Source: Candidatus Eiseniibacteriota bacterium (GTDB lineage Bacteria; Eisenbacteria; RBG-16-71-46; CAVPCR01). From it: a DNA stretch of 64,000 nt. Every line of letters begins with the position of its first letter. Within the stretch, counting starts at the first letter, position 1. This document shows, piece after piece, positions 50,674 to 63,204 of this stretch. The stretch is taken from the NCBI GenBank assembly GCA_963702435.1, contig CAVPCR010000003.1, positions 438,599-502,598 of the forward strand, read 5' to 3'. The notes below the pieces were generated by a model that was given only the letters and a program-made list of their open reading frames with translations, was not told where the DNA came from and ran no database searches. A program made the position numbers and the translations under genes.

Positions 50674-52848
50674 TCAGGTCCTCCCAGCCGCTGCCGCGAC
50701 CCCGGCGACACCGGCCGGCGGAGCCGCGATACCCCCGGCGAGCAGAGCGGCCAGGTCGGCGGCCGGCACTGCTTTCGAGAACAGGAACCCCTGCATCATG
50801 TGGCAGCCGCTCGCGAGCAGCACGTCTCGTTGCTGAACGGTCTCCACTCCCTCGGCCAGGGGCTCGACCCCGAGCGCCTGGGCCAGGCCGATGATGGCCG
50901 CCAGGATCGTCGCATCGCGCGAGTTGCGGTCGGCCTCCCGGACGAACGCGCGATCGATCTTGAGAATGTCGATCGGAAAGCGCTTGAGGTAGCTCAAGGA
51001 CGAGTAGCCGGTCCCGAAGTCGTCGATGGCGATGCGGAACCCGTGGGCCTTGAGCTCGGCGAGCGCGCGCTCCCCTTCCGCCATGTTCTCGACCAGAACG
51101 CTCTCGGTGACCTCGAGGGTGATCCGCTCCGGCGCGATGCCTTCCCCTCTGACCAGGGCGCAGATCGCGGCGGCGAGGTCCCTGTCCTTGAACTGCTGCC
51201 CCGAGATGTTGATCGAGGCGTAGACCGCGGGCAGCCCCTGCCGGCTCCAGGTCAAGAGCTCGGCGCACGTGCTCCTCACCGTATGGTTGGTCAGGGTGCC
51301 GATCAGGCCGAGGCGTTCGGCAAGCGGCACGAATTCACCCGGACTCACCGCGCCGAGCTCCGGATGCGTCCAGCGGGAGAGGGCTTCGACGCCGATGATG
51401 CGCCCGCTCCGGCCGTCGACGAGCGGCTGGTAGTGGGGGATGATCGCGCGCGCGTCGAGGGCCCGGCGGAGCTCGGTCTCGAGGAGCAGGCGTTGCGTCA
51501 CCCGTTCGTTCATCGCGCGGTTGAAGAAGGCGACCGTGTTTTGCCCGCTGGCCTTGGCCTGATGGACCGCGGTGTCGGCATGCTTGACGAGGTCGTCGAC
51601 ATCAGCGCCATCGTCCGGGAAGAGGCTGACGCCGATGCTCCCCGAGAGAAAGAGCTCCCGCGACGCGCACGGCAGCGGGGCCCGCAGGGCATCGAGAAGG
51701 CGCCGGGCGATGCCCGCCGCGTCCTCGCCCGAGGCGAGGTCCTGGATGGCGAACAGGAACTCGTCCCCCCCGAGACGGGCGATCGTGCTCGTCTTTCCCG
51801 GCTCGGCCGGGCAGGCCACTTCGTCGTAGACCCGGACGGCATCCCGGAGGCGGCGCGCCACGGCGATGAGCACGGCGTCTCCGGCCTTGTGGCCGAATGT
51901 GTCGTTGATCTGCTTGAAGTTGTTGAGATCGAGCACCATCGTCGCCACCTTGCTCCCGTCCCGGCCGGCGTGGGCAATGGCGCTCTGCAGCCGGTTCGCG
52001 AACAGGTGGTGATTGGGCAGCTCGGTCAAGCTGTCGTGATAGGCAAGCAACCTGATCTGCTCTTCCGCCCGCACCCGATCGGTGATGTCCTGGAGCGTGC
52101 CGCGCAGGCCGCTGGGCGTGCCGCTGTGATCCCGCACCAGCTCGCCGCGGACATGAATGAAACGGGGGCCCCTCCCTTCCTCGCCGAGGTGGAACTGGTG
52201 GTCGAGCGGCCCTGCGCCGCGAATCAGGTCCTGGAAAGCCCGCCGCAGGTCGGCGCGGCCATCGGGATGGACCCGCTCCAGCAAGGTGTCGCCGCTCGCC
52301 GTGACCCCGGGCTCCAGTCCGAGGGCGGCGTTGGCCTCCGGGGACCCGCGGAACCTCTCGAGGGCGAGGTCGCACTCCCAGTGGCCGAGCTGCGCGATGC
52401 GCTGCGCCTCGGCCAGCCGGGCCTCGCTGCTGCGCAGCTCGGCCAGCGTGGTGCTCGCACGCAGCATGAAGCGCACCCGGTGGCTCAGCATCGCCGGGCT
52501 GATCGGCTTGGTGGCGAAGTCGCTGGCCCCGGCGTCGAAGGAACGATGGAAGGCCGCGACGTCCTCGAGACCGGTGAGCATCAGCACGGGCACATTCATG
52601 CCGACAGGGAGCGCGCGCAGGGCCGCACACGCCGTGAAACCATCCATCTCGGGCATGACGACATCCATGATGACGAGATCGGGCAGGAGCGCTGCGACAC
52701 GGTCCACGCCCTCGGCACCGTCGGCGGCCTCGGCTACGTCGAACCCCGACTCCCGGAGCACGCTGGTCAGGATGAATCGCGCCGGGGCGTCGTCATCCAC
52801 GACGAGCACGAGCGGGCGCTCCCTGGCGTCACGGACCTCAGGCCGCAT
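50674..52848 (-). CDS. REC-PAS-GGDEF-EAL response regulator (paralog)
   Basis: [36 protein letters not shown]. Confidence 0.92.
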   Translation of the reverse strand: MRPEVRDARERPLVLVVDDDAPARFILTSVLRESGFDVAEAADGAEGVDRVAALLPDLVIMDVVMPEMDGFTACAALRALPVGMNVPVLMLTGLEDVAAFHRSFDAGASDFATKPISPAMLSHRVRFMLRASTTLAELRSSEARLAEAQRIAQLGHWECDLALERFRGSPEANAALGLEPGVTASGDTLLERVHPDGRADLRRAFQDLIRGAGPLDHQFHLGEEGRGPRFIHVRGELVRDHSGTPSGLRGTLQDITDRVRAEEQIRLLAYHDSLTELPNHHLFANRLQSAIAHAGRDGSKVATMVLDLNNFKQINDTFGHKAGDAVLIAVARRLRDAVRVYDEVACPAEPGKTSTIARLGGDEFLFAIQDLASGEDAAGIARRLLDALRAPLPCASRELFLSGSIGVSLFPDDGADVDDLVKHADTAVHQAKASGQNTVAFFNRAMNERVTQRLLLETELRRALDARAIIPHYQPLVDGRSGRIIGVEALSRWTHPELGAVSPGEFVPLAERLGLIGTLTNHTVRSTCAELLTWSRQGLPAVYASINISGQQFKDRDLAAAICALVRGEGIAPERITLEVTESVLVENMAEGERALAELKAHGFRIAIDDFGTGYSSLSYLKRFPIDILKIDRAFVREADRNSRDATILAAIIGLAQALGVEPLAEGVETVQQRDVLLASGCHMMQGFLFSKAVPAADLAALLAGGIAAPPAGVAGVAAAAGRT

Positions 52849-55762
52849 GGCTCTGCACCTCGGCCAGGCACTCCGCGAGCGCGGCGGCGACTCGCGGGTA
52901 CTCCGCCTCGATCTTGCCCACGGTCGTCACCACGACGTCGGACGTGGGCGCGGCTGCCTGCTGTTCGACGAGGAGACAGAGGGCCGACAGCTCCCGCCCT
53001 CCGAGCATGGCGCTGCTCGACTTGAGCGTATGCGCCACGCGCCCGAGGACCGTCGCATCGCCGGCGACGAGGGCGCGGCGGAGCTCTGCGAGCTTCATGG
53101 GCGCATCCCGCAGGTACGCCTCGATGGCGCCGCGCAGGATACGATCGCCGCCCGTGAAGTTGCGGATGGCATCGAGGGCGCTCTGATCGAGCACCCTGCC
53201 ACCGGCTTCGGCGGCGATGCCGGGGGCAGGCGCCGGGGGAGCGGGCGCGCTCGGCGCCGCCGCTGCGGGACCCGGCGGCACGACCGCCGCCGCTGCGGGA
53301 CGCCACTTGCTCAGCATCGCCCAGAGCTGCTCCTGCCGGATCGGTTTCCCCAGGTAGTCGTCCATCCCCGCGGCGAGACAGCGCTCCCGCTCGCCCGACA
53401 TGGCCGACGCCGTGAGCGCCACGATCGGCGTGCGCCCGCCGCCGCGCGCATGCTCGAGGCGCCGGATCTCCGCCGTCGCCTCATAGCCATCCATCTCCGG
53501 CATCATGCAGTCCATGAGCACCAGATCGAAGCCTGCGGCTTCGACAGCCGCCAGCGCCGCGCGACCATTCCCGGCCACGGTCACGGCGCAACCCATCCCC
53601 TCGAGGAATCCCATCGCGACCTGCTGGTTGACGATGTTGTCCTCGACGAGCAGCACGCGGAGACCCGGGTGGAGCGGATGATCGCCAGGGGTTTTCGGCG
53701 CGGCCGCCTCGGCGGCGACCAGAGGCGCCCTGTGGCCGCCGCGGCGCAGCAGGAGCAGGTTGAGGAGCGTCTCGTGGAGCTCCGAGTTCCGCACCGGCTT
53801 GGTGAGAGACACGTCCACCGGCAGATCGCCGGCCGCGGCTTCCACCGCCTGGCGCGAGGAGCTCAAGAGGACGAGCATGACCTTGGCGAGAACCGGATCT
53901 GCGCGGACGACACGGGCCACCGCCGCTCCATCCATCCCGGGCATCATCATGTCGAGAAGCACGAGGTCGAACGGCGATGAGGCCGAGCGGAGCCGCTCGA
54001 TGGCACCGGGGCCGTCGGCCACGCTCTCGACGACAGCGCCCCATGCGGTGACCTGGTTGGTGAGCACCTCCCGGTTCGTCGGATTGTCGTCGACGACGAG
54101 GATCCGGCAGCCATGCAGATAGCGCGGTGCGGGCGTTGTCGTGGCTCCCGCCGCGAGCTTCTGCAGGAGGACGGTGAACCAGAACACCGACCCCGGACCG
54201 TCGTTGCTCTCCGCGCCCACGGTGCCCCCCATGAGCTCGGCGAGCTGGCGCGAGATGGCGAGGCCGAGGCCGGTGCCGCCGAAGCGGCGGGTCGTCGAGG
54301 CATCGGCCTGCACGAACGGCTGGAAGAGCCGCGCTTGCACCTCCGGAGTGAGGCCGATTCCGGTGTCCTCGACCTCGATCCGGACGAGCTGGGTCTCCCC
54401 CATGTCCTTGTCCACGGCGACCCGAACCACGACCCCGCCCCGCTCGGTGAACTTGACGGCGTTCCCGATCAGGTTCACGAGGATCTGCCGGATCCGCGTC
54501 TCGTCGCCGCGGACCTGGGAATGGACCTCCTTCGGCACGAAGGACGCCAGATCCAGACCCTTGTCCTGCGCGCGCGGGGCGAGGATCTGGCACACGTCGT
54601 CGATCAGCTCGCGCAGATCGAAATCCGCGGCGCACAGCTCGACCTTGCCGGCCTCGATCTTCGAGAAATCGAGAATGTCGTTGATGATCTCGAGGAGCGT
54701 GTCCGCGGAGCGGTAGGCGGTGTTCGCCAGCCGCCGCTGGGCCGGGGTGAGCTCCGTGTTCCGGATCAGGTCGACCATTCCCAGCACGCCGTTCATCGGT
54801 GTGCGGATCTCGTGACTCATGTTGGCGAGGAACTGGGACTTGGCGCGGCTCGCCTCCTCCGCGGCGTGAGCCAGCCCCACGGCCCGGTCGGTCGCCTGCT
54901 TGAGCTCCAGCGTTCGCTGCTCGACCTTCTCCTCCAGGGTGCGCTGGTAATCCTCGACCTCGGCCCGCGACTCGCGGAGTCGGACCACCATCCCGCTGAA
55001 CGCCTCGCCCAGGGTCTCGACCTCGTCGCCGGTGCGAACGACGGGAGGAAGCTCGAGACGCCCGCCGGCCACAGCACCCGCGGTCTCCGCCAGCGAATGC
55101 AGCGGAGCGGTGATCCGGCGCGTGAGGTAGAGGGTCACCAGGAGCCCGATGACGAGGATCGCTGCCGCCGCCGTGGCGACCGCCGGGATCGCGGCGAGGA
55201 CCTGCCGCCGCGCCGGCTCCCGGCTCAGACCGAGCTGCACCCACCCGGCGGGCGCGCCGGCCGCGCTTCCCGCGCCGGCGCTCGCCTCGTCAGCGAAGAG
55301 ATCGGACGCCGCGGCCGCCAGCACCGGCACCGAGACTTCGAGCAGCTCTCCCCCACCCCGACCGCCCTGGACGTCGCGCAGGACAGGATCATTGGTCGCC
55401 GGCCGGGCCGGCGGCGGGGCAGCAGTCCGCGGAAAGTCGCGCTGAAAGCGCTCCTCGAGGAGGACGCCGCCTTGCGCGTCGAACACGCGCACGTAGGACA
55501 CTTCCTCCTGCCGGTCCAGCTCGTTCACCAGCGCGCGCAGGGACTCGGCGTTCCCCGTGTACACGCCGAACTCGCTGTTCTGGGCGATGATCCGCGCCAG
55601 CATGACGCCGTCGCGCTCGAGGTTCTGGTTGGCGTGCCGCACTTCGCGCGAGATGAGCAGCGCACTGCTGCCCAGGAGCGTGAAGAGGATCACGCCGAAC
55701 GTGAGCAGGCCGAACTTCGCCTCCAGGCCATGCCGGGACGCACGAGATCGTTGCTGTTTCAT
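52838..55762 (-). CDS. hybrid sensor histidine kinase (TM-HAMP-HisKA-HATPase-REC-REC-Hpt)
   Basis: [32 protein letters not shown], two REC domains, HTLKSSS. Confidence 0.95.
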   Translation of the reverse strand: MKQQRSRASRHGLEAKFGLLTFGVILFTLLGSSALLISREVRHANQNLERDGVMLARIIAQNSEFGVYTGNAESLRALVNELDRQEEVSYVRVFDAQGGVLLEERFQRDFPRTAAPPPARPATNDPVLRDVQGGRGGGELLEVSVPVLAAAASDLFADEASAGAGSAAGAPAGWVQLGLSREPARRQVLAAIPAVATAAAAILVIGLLVTLYLTRRITAPLHSLAETAGAVAGGRLELPPVVRTGDEVETLGEAFSGMVVRLRESRAEVEDYQRTLEEKVEQRTLELKQATDRAVGLAHAAEEASRAKSQFLANMSHEIRTPMNGVLGMVDLIRNTELTPAQRRLANTAYRSADTLLEIINDILDFSKIEAGKVELCAADFDLRELIDDVCQILAPRAQDKGLDLASFVPKEVHSQVRGDETRIRQILVNLIGNAVKFTERGGVVVRVAVDKDMGETQLVRIEVEDTGIGLTPEVQARLFQPFVQADASTTRRFGGTGLGLAISRQLAELMGGTVGAESNDGPGSVFWFTVLLQKLAAGATTTPAPRYLHGCRILVVDDNPTNREVLTNQVTAWGAVVESVADGPGAIERLRSASSPFDLVLLDMMMPGMDGAAVARVVRADPVLAKVMLVLLSSSRQAVEAAAGDLPVDVSLTKPVRNSELHETLLNLLLLRRGGHRAPLVAAEAAAPKTPGDHPLHPGLRVLLVEDNIVNQQVAMGFLEGMGCAVTVAGNGRAALAAVEAAGFDLVLMDCMMPEMDGYEATAEIRRLEHARGGGRTPIVALTASAMSGERERCLAAGMDDYLGKPIRQEQLWAMLSKWRPAAAAVVPPGPAAAAPSAPAPPAPAPGIAAEAGGRVLDQSALDAIRNFTGGDRILRGAIEAYLRDAPMKLAELRRALVAGDATVLGRVAHTLKSSSAMLGGRELSALCLLVEQQAAAPTSDVVVTTVGKIEAEYPRVAAALAECLAEVQSHAA

Positions 55763-56700
55763 CGCACCACTTCCTTGGCCCCTTTGAGGATTTCAGGCGC
55801 CACCCGCACATGCAGGTGGTCGGCGGTTCGCTGGTTGATGCTGTAGAGGACCTTCCGCGGCGCCTCGGCGGGAAGGGCGGCCGGAGACCGGCCGGCGAAG
55901 ATGCTCAGGGCAAGATCCCCACACTGGGCGCCGATGTCCCGGTAGTCGCGGTCGAGGGCGTAGATCGCTCCGGCCTTGACCCAGGGATAGGACAACCCGA
56001 TGAAGGGAATCTTGTTGCGCAAGCAGAAGAGCAGGATGGACTCCGCCGTCTCCGGCGTGAGGACGGTCCGGTCCGCGAGCCCCCACAGGACATCGGCCTC
56101 GGTCGCCAGGCTCTGGAGCGCCGCCGGGATCTCGCGCGGATCCTGGACGCGGCGCGCGCATAGCTCGAGCCCCAGGGCGCGCGCCGCGGACGCGGCGCGG
56201 TCGACCACAGCCTGGTTCTCAGCTGGCTGGTAGATCACGCCGATCCGTCTCTGGTCGGGCAGGAGTCGCTTGAGCCACGTGAGCTCCACATCCAGCGGAA
56301 ACTCGAGGTAGACGCCGGTGATCTCCTCAGAGCTGTCCAGCTCCTGCGGTCGCAGCGCCATGGCCGAGACCACGGGGACTCCACTCAACCCGCGAGCGGC
56401 GATCGTGGTCGCCTGCGATCCGACGGCCAGGACCAGGTCCGTGCCCTGGCGGTGCATCGCGGCGACCGCCTGCGGCCCGGAGGAATCCGCCAGGCGATAC
56501 ACCTGCATGTCCACCGGCACGCCGTCGGCGCGCAAACGGGCCTGGAAACCGGCGACCACTTCCTGGTAAGGAGCCGAGTCGGAGCCCAGGAGGACCCCGA
56601 CCTGAACCGGACTCCGCTCTTCCGCCCGCCCCGGGACGGGGAGGGCGGTCAAGCAGAGGGCTGCAAGCAAGCCCGTTCTCGAAGAGAGCCGCATCCCCAC
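55759..56700 (-). CDS. ABC-type substrate-binding-like periplasmic protein
   Basis: Signal peptide, [27 protein letters not shown] overlap with the kinase gene. Confidence 0.8.
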   Translation of the reverse strand: MGMRLSSRTGLLAALCLTALPVPGRAEERSPVQVGVLLGSDSAPYQEVVAGFQARLRADGVPVDMQVYRLADSSGPQAVAAMHRQGTDLVLAVGSQATTIAARGLSGVPVVSAMALRPQELDSSEEITGVYLEFPLDVELTWLKRLLPDQRRIGVIYQPAENQAVVDRAASAARALGLELCARRVQDPREIPAALQSLATEADVLWGLADRTVLTPETAESILLFCLRNKIPFIGLSYPWVKAGAIYALDRDYRDIGAQCGDLALSIFAGRSPAALPAEAPRKVLYSINQRTADHLHVRVAPEILKGAKEVVR

Positions 56701-56703
56701 CCC

Positions 56704-58442
56704 CTAGAAGTGGTAGCCGGCCGTGAGCCGGAATGTGCGGCCGTCCTGCGTGAGCGCCGGTTCCGCGTGCTGGGAGCCGACCGGATCGGCATAATCCGTG
56801 TCGAAGAGGTTGCGCACCCCGAGCGCGACCGTGAACCCGGGGGTCCATTCGAGCGCGGTCAGATTGAGATGGACGACCACGCTCCCGGGCACCATGTCCC
56901 CATCCTCGGCCAGGCGCGCGCCCGTCGCCTGAACCTCCGTGGCCGCCCGCAACCGGTTCCGCCAGAGCGGCACCATCAAGGCGAGCTTCCCCAGATGGCG
57001 CGGCGAGTTGGTCAGCTCGGCGCCCGTCTCGCGGTCCCTCGCCACCTGGTACGCATAGCTCGCCCGCGCCGAGAAAGCACGGCGATCGAGACCGAGCTCG
57101 ACCTCGGCCCCGCGGCCTCGTACTTGCTCCGCATTCTCGTAGACCAGGAGCTCGTCGGCCGGATCCACGACCAGGGTGATCAGCTTCTCGATGTCGTATT
57201 CATAGAGGCTGGCCGTGCCCTTGAGCGCGGGGTTCAGGACGTGCTCGACGAGGAGCTCGTAGGTCCAGATCCGCTCCGGGCTGAGATCCGGATTCGCCTT
57301 CTGCGAGTCGCCGGCATCGTCGTAGAAACGCTCGAAGTTGTTGGCGGTGCGGAAGGCGCTGCCGGCGAGGAGCTTCACCGCCGATCCCGGCCGGAGACCG
57401 AGGATGAGCCCGAGCCGCGGGCTCGTCGCGCTCGCGGCGCCTTGATAGTGGTCGTGGCGGAGCCCGGCGTTGAAGATCAATCGCTCGGCGATACGGAACT
57501 CATCCTGGGCATACACACCCCAGGAGTTGGTCGTCGTGTTGTCGTGCATGTAGAGGTAGTAGGGATCCACATCCTCGTACCACATCTCTTGCTGCGTGTT
57601 GAGCCGCGCTCCCCCGCCCAGGACCACCTTGTGGCGCGGACCGAGGGGCCGGAGCCACTGCCCCTGGCGATCCACCAGCGGCCGCGGACCCGATCCCGGT
57701 TGAGGACGTCCGGATAGGCCCAGTCTCCCTGATAGTCGTACCAGTTGTGGGAGAGGAGGGCGGACAGCTCCGATTGGTCTCCCAAATGGGTCCGGTACTG
57801 GAGGGCGATGCGCCCGGCACGGTCGACGGACTCGGTGCGCGGGTCGTTGAAGACCGTCTCGTAGGCCCCGGTCGGCACTTCCTTCGTGCGCGAGTTGAAA
57901 CCGCCCTCGACCGTCAAGTCGCCCCACGAGAGCTTGCCGAACAGGTTGTCCCGGCGCTCGCCATCCACGCCGACCGCCCACCCTTCGTTGGTCTCCGGGT
58001 CGTTGAACTCGGGGAAGTACAGGTTGGACCCGCCGGAGCGATGGGCGAGGCCGGAGATCAGGACCTCGACGCCGGAACGGTATCTCCGGCCGTAGGCGAC
58101 CGCGCCCTCAAAGCTGCCGAAGGTCGCTCCGGTAGCGCGCGCGTGCGCTCCGTCCACGGCCCGCCCGCTCTTGGTCAAGACGTTGATGACGCCGAAGAAG
58201 GCGTTGGTGCCGTAGAGAGAGACGAGCTCGGCCCGCGAATCACCTCGATGCGGTCGATGAGCTGCACATCGAGAGGACCGTCGTTCCCGACGTAAGCGGA
58301 GTCGAAGACGTTCTCGTTGATCCGGTTCCCGTCCACGAGCAGGAGCAGCCTCGTGTTGTTGAAGTCTCCGGGGCGGCCGAACCCCCGCGCTCCCACGTAC
58401 TCGTAGTTGCGATCATCGGTCACGTAGAAGCCGCGGACGCCC
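56704..58442 (-). pseudogene. TonB-dependent receptor, 5'-truncated and frameshifted in this sequence
   Basis: Plug motifs RGFGRPGDFNN.RLLLLVDG and IDRIEVIRGPSSSLYG; C-terminal RNLFD..GRTFRLTAGYHF; frame changes near 58220 and 57670. Confidence 0.85.
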
Positions 58443-58451
58443 CGACGTCGC

Positions 58452-59174
58452 CGACAGTTGCGGGGTCAGCAGCGGTACCGGCACCACGAGGAACTTGCGC
58501 CCCTGGATCTTCGCGACGCGGCGCATCATGGTGACGTACTCGAGCACCTCGGGACCGCCGATGTCGAAGGCGCGGTCCGCTGCTTCGGGCAGTTCCAGCA
58601 CTCCCACGAGGTAGCGAACCACATCATCGATGGCGATCGGTTGGGTACGGGTGCGGACCCAACGTGGGGTGATCATGGCCGGCAGGTGCGCGACCAGCTG
58701 GCGGGTCAGCTCCCATGAGATGCCCCCATGTCCGACGATGATGCCGGCGCGCAACGTGGTCACCGGCACGCCCGCACAGCCCAGCAGCTGTTCCACCTCG
58801 CGGCGGCTGCGCAGGTGCGCCGACAGGTCATCGTCATCGTCTCCGAGTCCCCCGAGATAGACGATGCGCTGCAGCCCAGCCGCGGCGGCGGCCTCCGCGA
58901 ACGCCCGTGCTGCATCGGCGTCCTTACGCTCGAAGTCGGCAGAGTCCAGCGAGTGCACCAGGTAGTACGCGGCCTGACATCCAGTCAGAGCCTCGTGCAG
59001 CGTCGTTGGATCGTGTACCTCGCCATAGACGGCTGCACCTGCGCCCTGATAGGACTCCGGGTGGCGCGTCATGGCCTGCACGTCATGGCCAGCGTCGAGC
59101 AGAGCTGGGCACAACCGCCTCCCGACGAAGCCCGATGCGCCGGCAACCAGTACCTTCACTGCGGCCTCCCTCAT
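58452..59174 (-). pseudogene. NAD(P)H-binding (SDR/NmrA-like) protein, 3'-truncated at the junction
   Basis: VLVAGASGFVG, YYLVHSL, HLRSRREVE, TQPIAIDDV; homology stops after VPLLTPQLS. Confidence 0.8.
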
Positions 59175-59503
59175 CTGGTTTCCGGTTCGTCTCGGGCACT
59201 CCGGGCCCTGGGATTCGTTGACGAGACCGAGGGACTCAAGGGTGCTGTTTGCCATCATGCTCCGGTCTGCGGTCGATGCCCCGCCAAGGTCGGCCTCGCC
59301 GGAGGGCTTCGGCCGACAGCGGGCTCAGAGAACGAACCGTGGAGCGAGAGGCGTCCCGGCAGCCGATCCACGACTTCCCCGCGCTGGGCGTGCCTGAGGT
59401 CCTCGCCATGCTCGGCGATGTCGATTCCCCCGACCCGAACGGTGGCGCCGACCACGGTGGCGGTGGTGCACACTGCAGTGGCTCGGTCCCATCCCCTGCT
59501 GCG

Positions 59504-59956
59504 CTAGGCCGGGATGCGCCATTCCACCACCTGCTGGAAGCGGCTGACCAGTTGGTAGGAACTGATCTTCACACCCACGATCGCGCAGGTGGGCGACGCC
59601 GCGAAGCCGGCCAGGTACGGATGGCGGGCGAGAAACAGTTCCAGCAGGGGGCCGCCGACGTCAGGGTCCAACTCCTGGGCCTCCCCGATCGCGGTGACCA
59701 CCACGCAGTCCTCGGTATCCGAGCCCCTGTTCTCGCGGTCGTCGATCAGCAGGGCGACCCGGGGGTTGGACTGGAGGTTGGCGTACTTGCGCGTGGTCCG
59801 CTCGGTCAGGATGACCAGGTACCGCAGGTCCTCGGTCGCGGCGAAGGCCATCAGGCTCGCGAACGGTTGCCCGTGGTCATCGGTGGCCAGCGCGGCGAAG
59901 CGCTGAGTCTCCAGCAGCGCCCTCAGGACCGGCCGGATGTCGATCTCAGTACTCAT
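59504..59956 (-). CDS. pyridoxamine 5'-phosphate oxidase-like (split-barrel flavin-binding) protein
   Basis: FAALAT..QPFASLMAF, TRKYANLQSNPRVALLIDDR. Confidence 0.85.
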   Translation of the reverse strand: MSTEIDIRPVLRALLETQRFAALATDDHGQPFASLMAFAATEDLRYLVILTERTTRKYANLQSNPRVALLIDDRENRGSDTEDCVVVTAIGEAQELDPDVGGPLLELFLARHPYLAGFAASPTCAIVGVKISSYQLVSRFQQVVEWRIPA

Positions 59957-60496
59957 CTCGCCTCGCCCCTGCCGGACACTCGTTGGATGGGCTCGACGAG
60001 TTCGATGCTCAGCGGGCTGCTACATCGCCCGGCGCACGCGGACCGGGTGGGACTCGACCCCGTGGGTGACCGTCATCAGGCCACCCCCCGTGGGCCGCTC
60101 CCCTTCGTCCGCGGCGAGATGTTCATCGTTGGCCACGATCCGCAGACTACGACCCCGACCACCCGCACCAGTTGCTGCCCACAATCGTTTCCGGACGTTC
60201 AATCAGCTGAGGGCGGAAGTCCTTTGGAGGGCGTCTCCAGGATTGCTGGGGCTTCCACGGGCCCGGAGACCACCTTGCCGTGACGCCCACCTCAACGAGT
60301 CGTACCTGCACCAGGCCAGCCCACCGAGAAGGACCCCGTCGGAGACGATGCTGGTCTGGTACCGGCTGGGCACAGCGGGCCCGTTACCAATTCGTTATGA
60401 ACTTGTGCACAATTTGTGCATCTACCGCGGGGTTCGTGAGCGAAGAACCTGATGAGAGTCGCAGAGCGTGGCTCGTCACAACACTCAGGAGACCTC

Positions 60497-61077
60497 ATGA
60501 ACATCAAGATCGCCGCCGCTGGTGGCATCGCCGCCCTGCTCTTCCTCTCCGGTTGCTCCAGCGACACGGACGAGGCCACGGCCCCGACGACCAGCGCGGC
60601 CGCCCCCAGCGAGAGTGCGATGGCCTCTGAGCCGGCCATGGCCGAGCCGGGCACCATCGTCGAGGTGGCCGCGTCCAACCCCGACTTCGAGACCCTGGTC
60701 GCCGCGGTGACCGCAGCGGGCCTGGCCGAGACCCTGTCGGTGAGGGTCCGTTCACGGTCTTCGCCCCGACTGACGAGGCGTTCGACGCGCTGCCCGAGGG
60801 CGTGCTCGATGCTCTGCTGCTCCCGGAGAACAAGGACGCCCTGACCTCGATCCTGACCTACCACGTGGTCTCCGGTGAGGTCATGGCCGCTGACGTCACC
60901 GCCGGCGACGTCCCGACCGTCGAGGGCTCGGACATCGCGATCACCACCGACGGTGGGGTGAAGGTCAACGAGGCCAACGTCACCGCGACCGATGTGGACG
61001 CGTCCAACGGCGTGATCCACGTCATCGACGCAGTGCTGGTTCCCCCGACCGTCGACGTCGCGGCACTCACCTCCTGA
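60497..61077 (+). CDS. fasciclin-domain lipoprotein (MPT83-like), frameshift near 60740
   Basis: LSGC lipobox, [39 protein letters not shown]. Confidence 0.85.
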
Positions 61078-61536
61078 GCCCAGGAAGTCCGCCCCGCAGG
61101 GCAGAAGGCAGTGGAGGACCCGTCGGGCATCGTCCGGCGGGTCCTCCGTCATGTCCGGGCCCCCTTCGCGGTGCCAGGTCCGTGCGGCACATTGCCCATT
61201 GCCCAGCGGCGCTGGCCGCGATCACCCACCTGCGACCGTTCTCGACGCCTCGTCCAGGGTGTCACCCGGGCGGGCCGGGGGTTTCCGACGCTGGGGTCCT
61301 GGGTACAACCAGGGCACCCCGCTGAACCGGTGGGGCGAGGGGTTGACGGCGCCGAGTCCCGCCCGCGTCGACCTCCTCGAACCTGGCATTGAGCCAGTCG
61401 ACAGCAACGGGCGGGAGCGGGGGACCCACGTTCCGGTCCCACGCGTTCGCGTGAGTCCTTGGGGTGAAGCCGCACCGCGGCCGGGTGCTCCACCCGAACC
61501 CGACAGCTCACCTCGCAGGCGCCCCGGAGGATCCAC

Positions 61537-61803
61537 ATGGTCACCGCGACGACCCCACCACCCGAGCCGGTCACTGACACGTCCTGGCTGGTGGACCTGC
61601 AAGCCCAGTACCTCGACCTGATCGACCGGTACGTCCGCCGCCGGGTACCCGACCCGCGGCAGGCCGAACGGGTGGTGCGTGAGGTGTTCCAGAAAGCCGG
61701 GGCGAACCCCGGACAGGTCCTGGCGCACCCGCTGCCGTGGCTGATCGGCACGGCCCGACGCGCCTGCGCCCAAGTCCGGCGCGCCGACCTCCCCAGAACC
61801 TGA
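61537..61803 (+). CDS. sigma-70 region-2-like small protein (no region 4)
   Basis: GGAGG RBS; RYVRRRVPD..AERVVREVF..PWLIGTARR resembles ECF region 2. Confidence 0.5.
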   Translation: MVTATTPPPEPVTDTSWLVDLQAQYLDLIDRYVRRRVPDPRQAERVVREVFQKAGANPGQVLAHPLPWLIGTARRACAQVRRADLPRT

Positions 61804-61984
61804 CCCGGACCAGCGTCGGACGCAGCCGTCCGGAACGGGATCCCCAACCGGGCACTGGCGAGGGGCGTCGGGGAATAGGTCGGATCGGGGCGAAGCCCGG
61901 ATGTTCACCGGGACACCGTGCGGATTGCCGACGCGTGGCGCTGGGTATCAGAGACCCTGTACACACCCGAGTCAGGAGCTTCCC

Positions 61985-63204
61985 GTGCCGAACCACCGCG
62001 CACCATTGCGGGTCAGGGTCGCGACCGTGCTGGTCGCCGTGACCCTGGGCCTCAGCGGATGCGCGAACCCGTTCTCCTGCGAGGTGACCCCGGCCGCCCA
62101 GGTCGGCACCCAGGCCAGCAGCCCCGACGGTGGACGGCGACCCCGGCGACGCCCAGCTCACGGTCGCCGCCGACGCAGACCCGCACGGGTGGCGCCGGAC
62201 CAGCCGATCGTGGTCAACGCGATCGCCGGCACGATCAGCGAGGTCACCGTGACCTCGACCGGCGGCCAGGACGTGGCCGGGGCGCTCAGCGACGACCGAC
62301 GGCACTGGCAGACCTCGGGCGCCTTGCTGCCCGGCACGACCTACGACGTGCGCGCGACGATGACCGGATCCCCCGACACGGACCCCGTGACCCGCTCGAT
62401 CTCGATCTCGACCAGGGAGTCCGCCGAGCAGTTCCGGGCCCGGATCTCCCCGCGCGACGGAGCCACGGTCGGCGTGGGAATGCCGATCCTGGTCACCTTC
62501 ACCGCCCCGGTGGAGCAGGACCGCCGAGCCGAGGTGCAGGACGCCCTGACCGTCCGGGCGTCCGAGAGGTGGAGGGCGCGTGGAACTGGGTCTCCGACAC
62601 GAAGGTCCAGTACCGGACGAAGGAGTACTGGCCGGCACGCACCCAGGTGTCGGTGACCGCCGACCTGGCCGGGGTGCAGGCCGGCGCGGACGTGTGGGGC
62701 GACCAGGACAAGCAGGTCGACTTCCAGATCGGTGAGTCCGTGGTCTCGGTCGTCGACGTCACGGGCCACCAGATGACGGTGACGATCGACGGGCAGGTCG
62801 CGCGCACCATCCCGGTGACCACCGGCAAGGACGGGTTCCTCACCCGCGGCGGCACCCGGGTGATCTCCGAGAAGCTCGAGGAGACCCGGATGGATGCCGC
62901 GAGCACCGGGATCAAGCCAGGCGACCCGGAGTACTACAACCTCGACGTGCGCTACGCGTTGCGCATGACGAACTCCGGGGAGTTCATCCACGCAGCACCC
63001 TGGTCGGTCGCCTCGCAGGGAGTGGCCAACGTCAGCCACGGGTGCGTCGGCATGAGCACCGCCAACGCCCGGTGGCTGTTCCAACGGTCACGCGTCGGTG
63101 ACGTGGTCACCATCGTGAACTCGACCAGGAAGCTGGAGCCCGGCAACGGGCTGACCCAGTGGAACGAGTCCTGGGAGGACTGGCAGGCCGGCTCGGCGTC
63201 CTGA
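61985..63204 (+). CDS. L,D-transpeptidase lipoprotein (actinobacterial Ig-like plus YkuD), several frameshifts
   Basis: LSGC lipobox, VGVGMPI, YWPART, IPVTTGK, FIHAAPWS, SHGCVG. Confidence 0.85.

Noticed and set aside
59255..59473. Short ORFs between the SDR and PNPOx-like genes
   Set aside because: No recognisable motif or clear RBS, so I cannot support a call.
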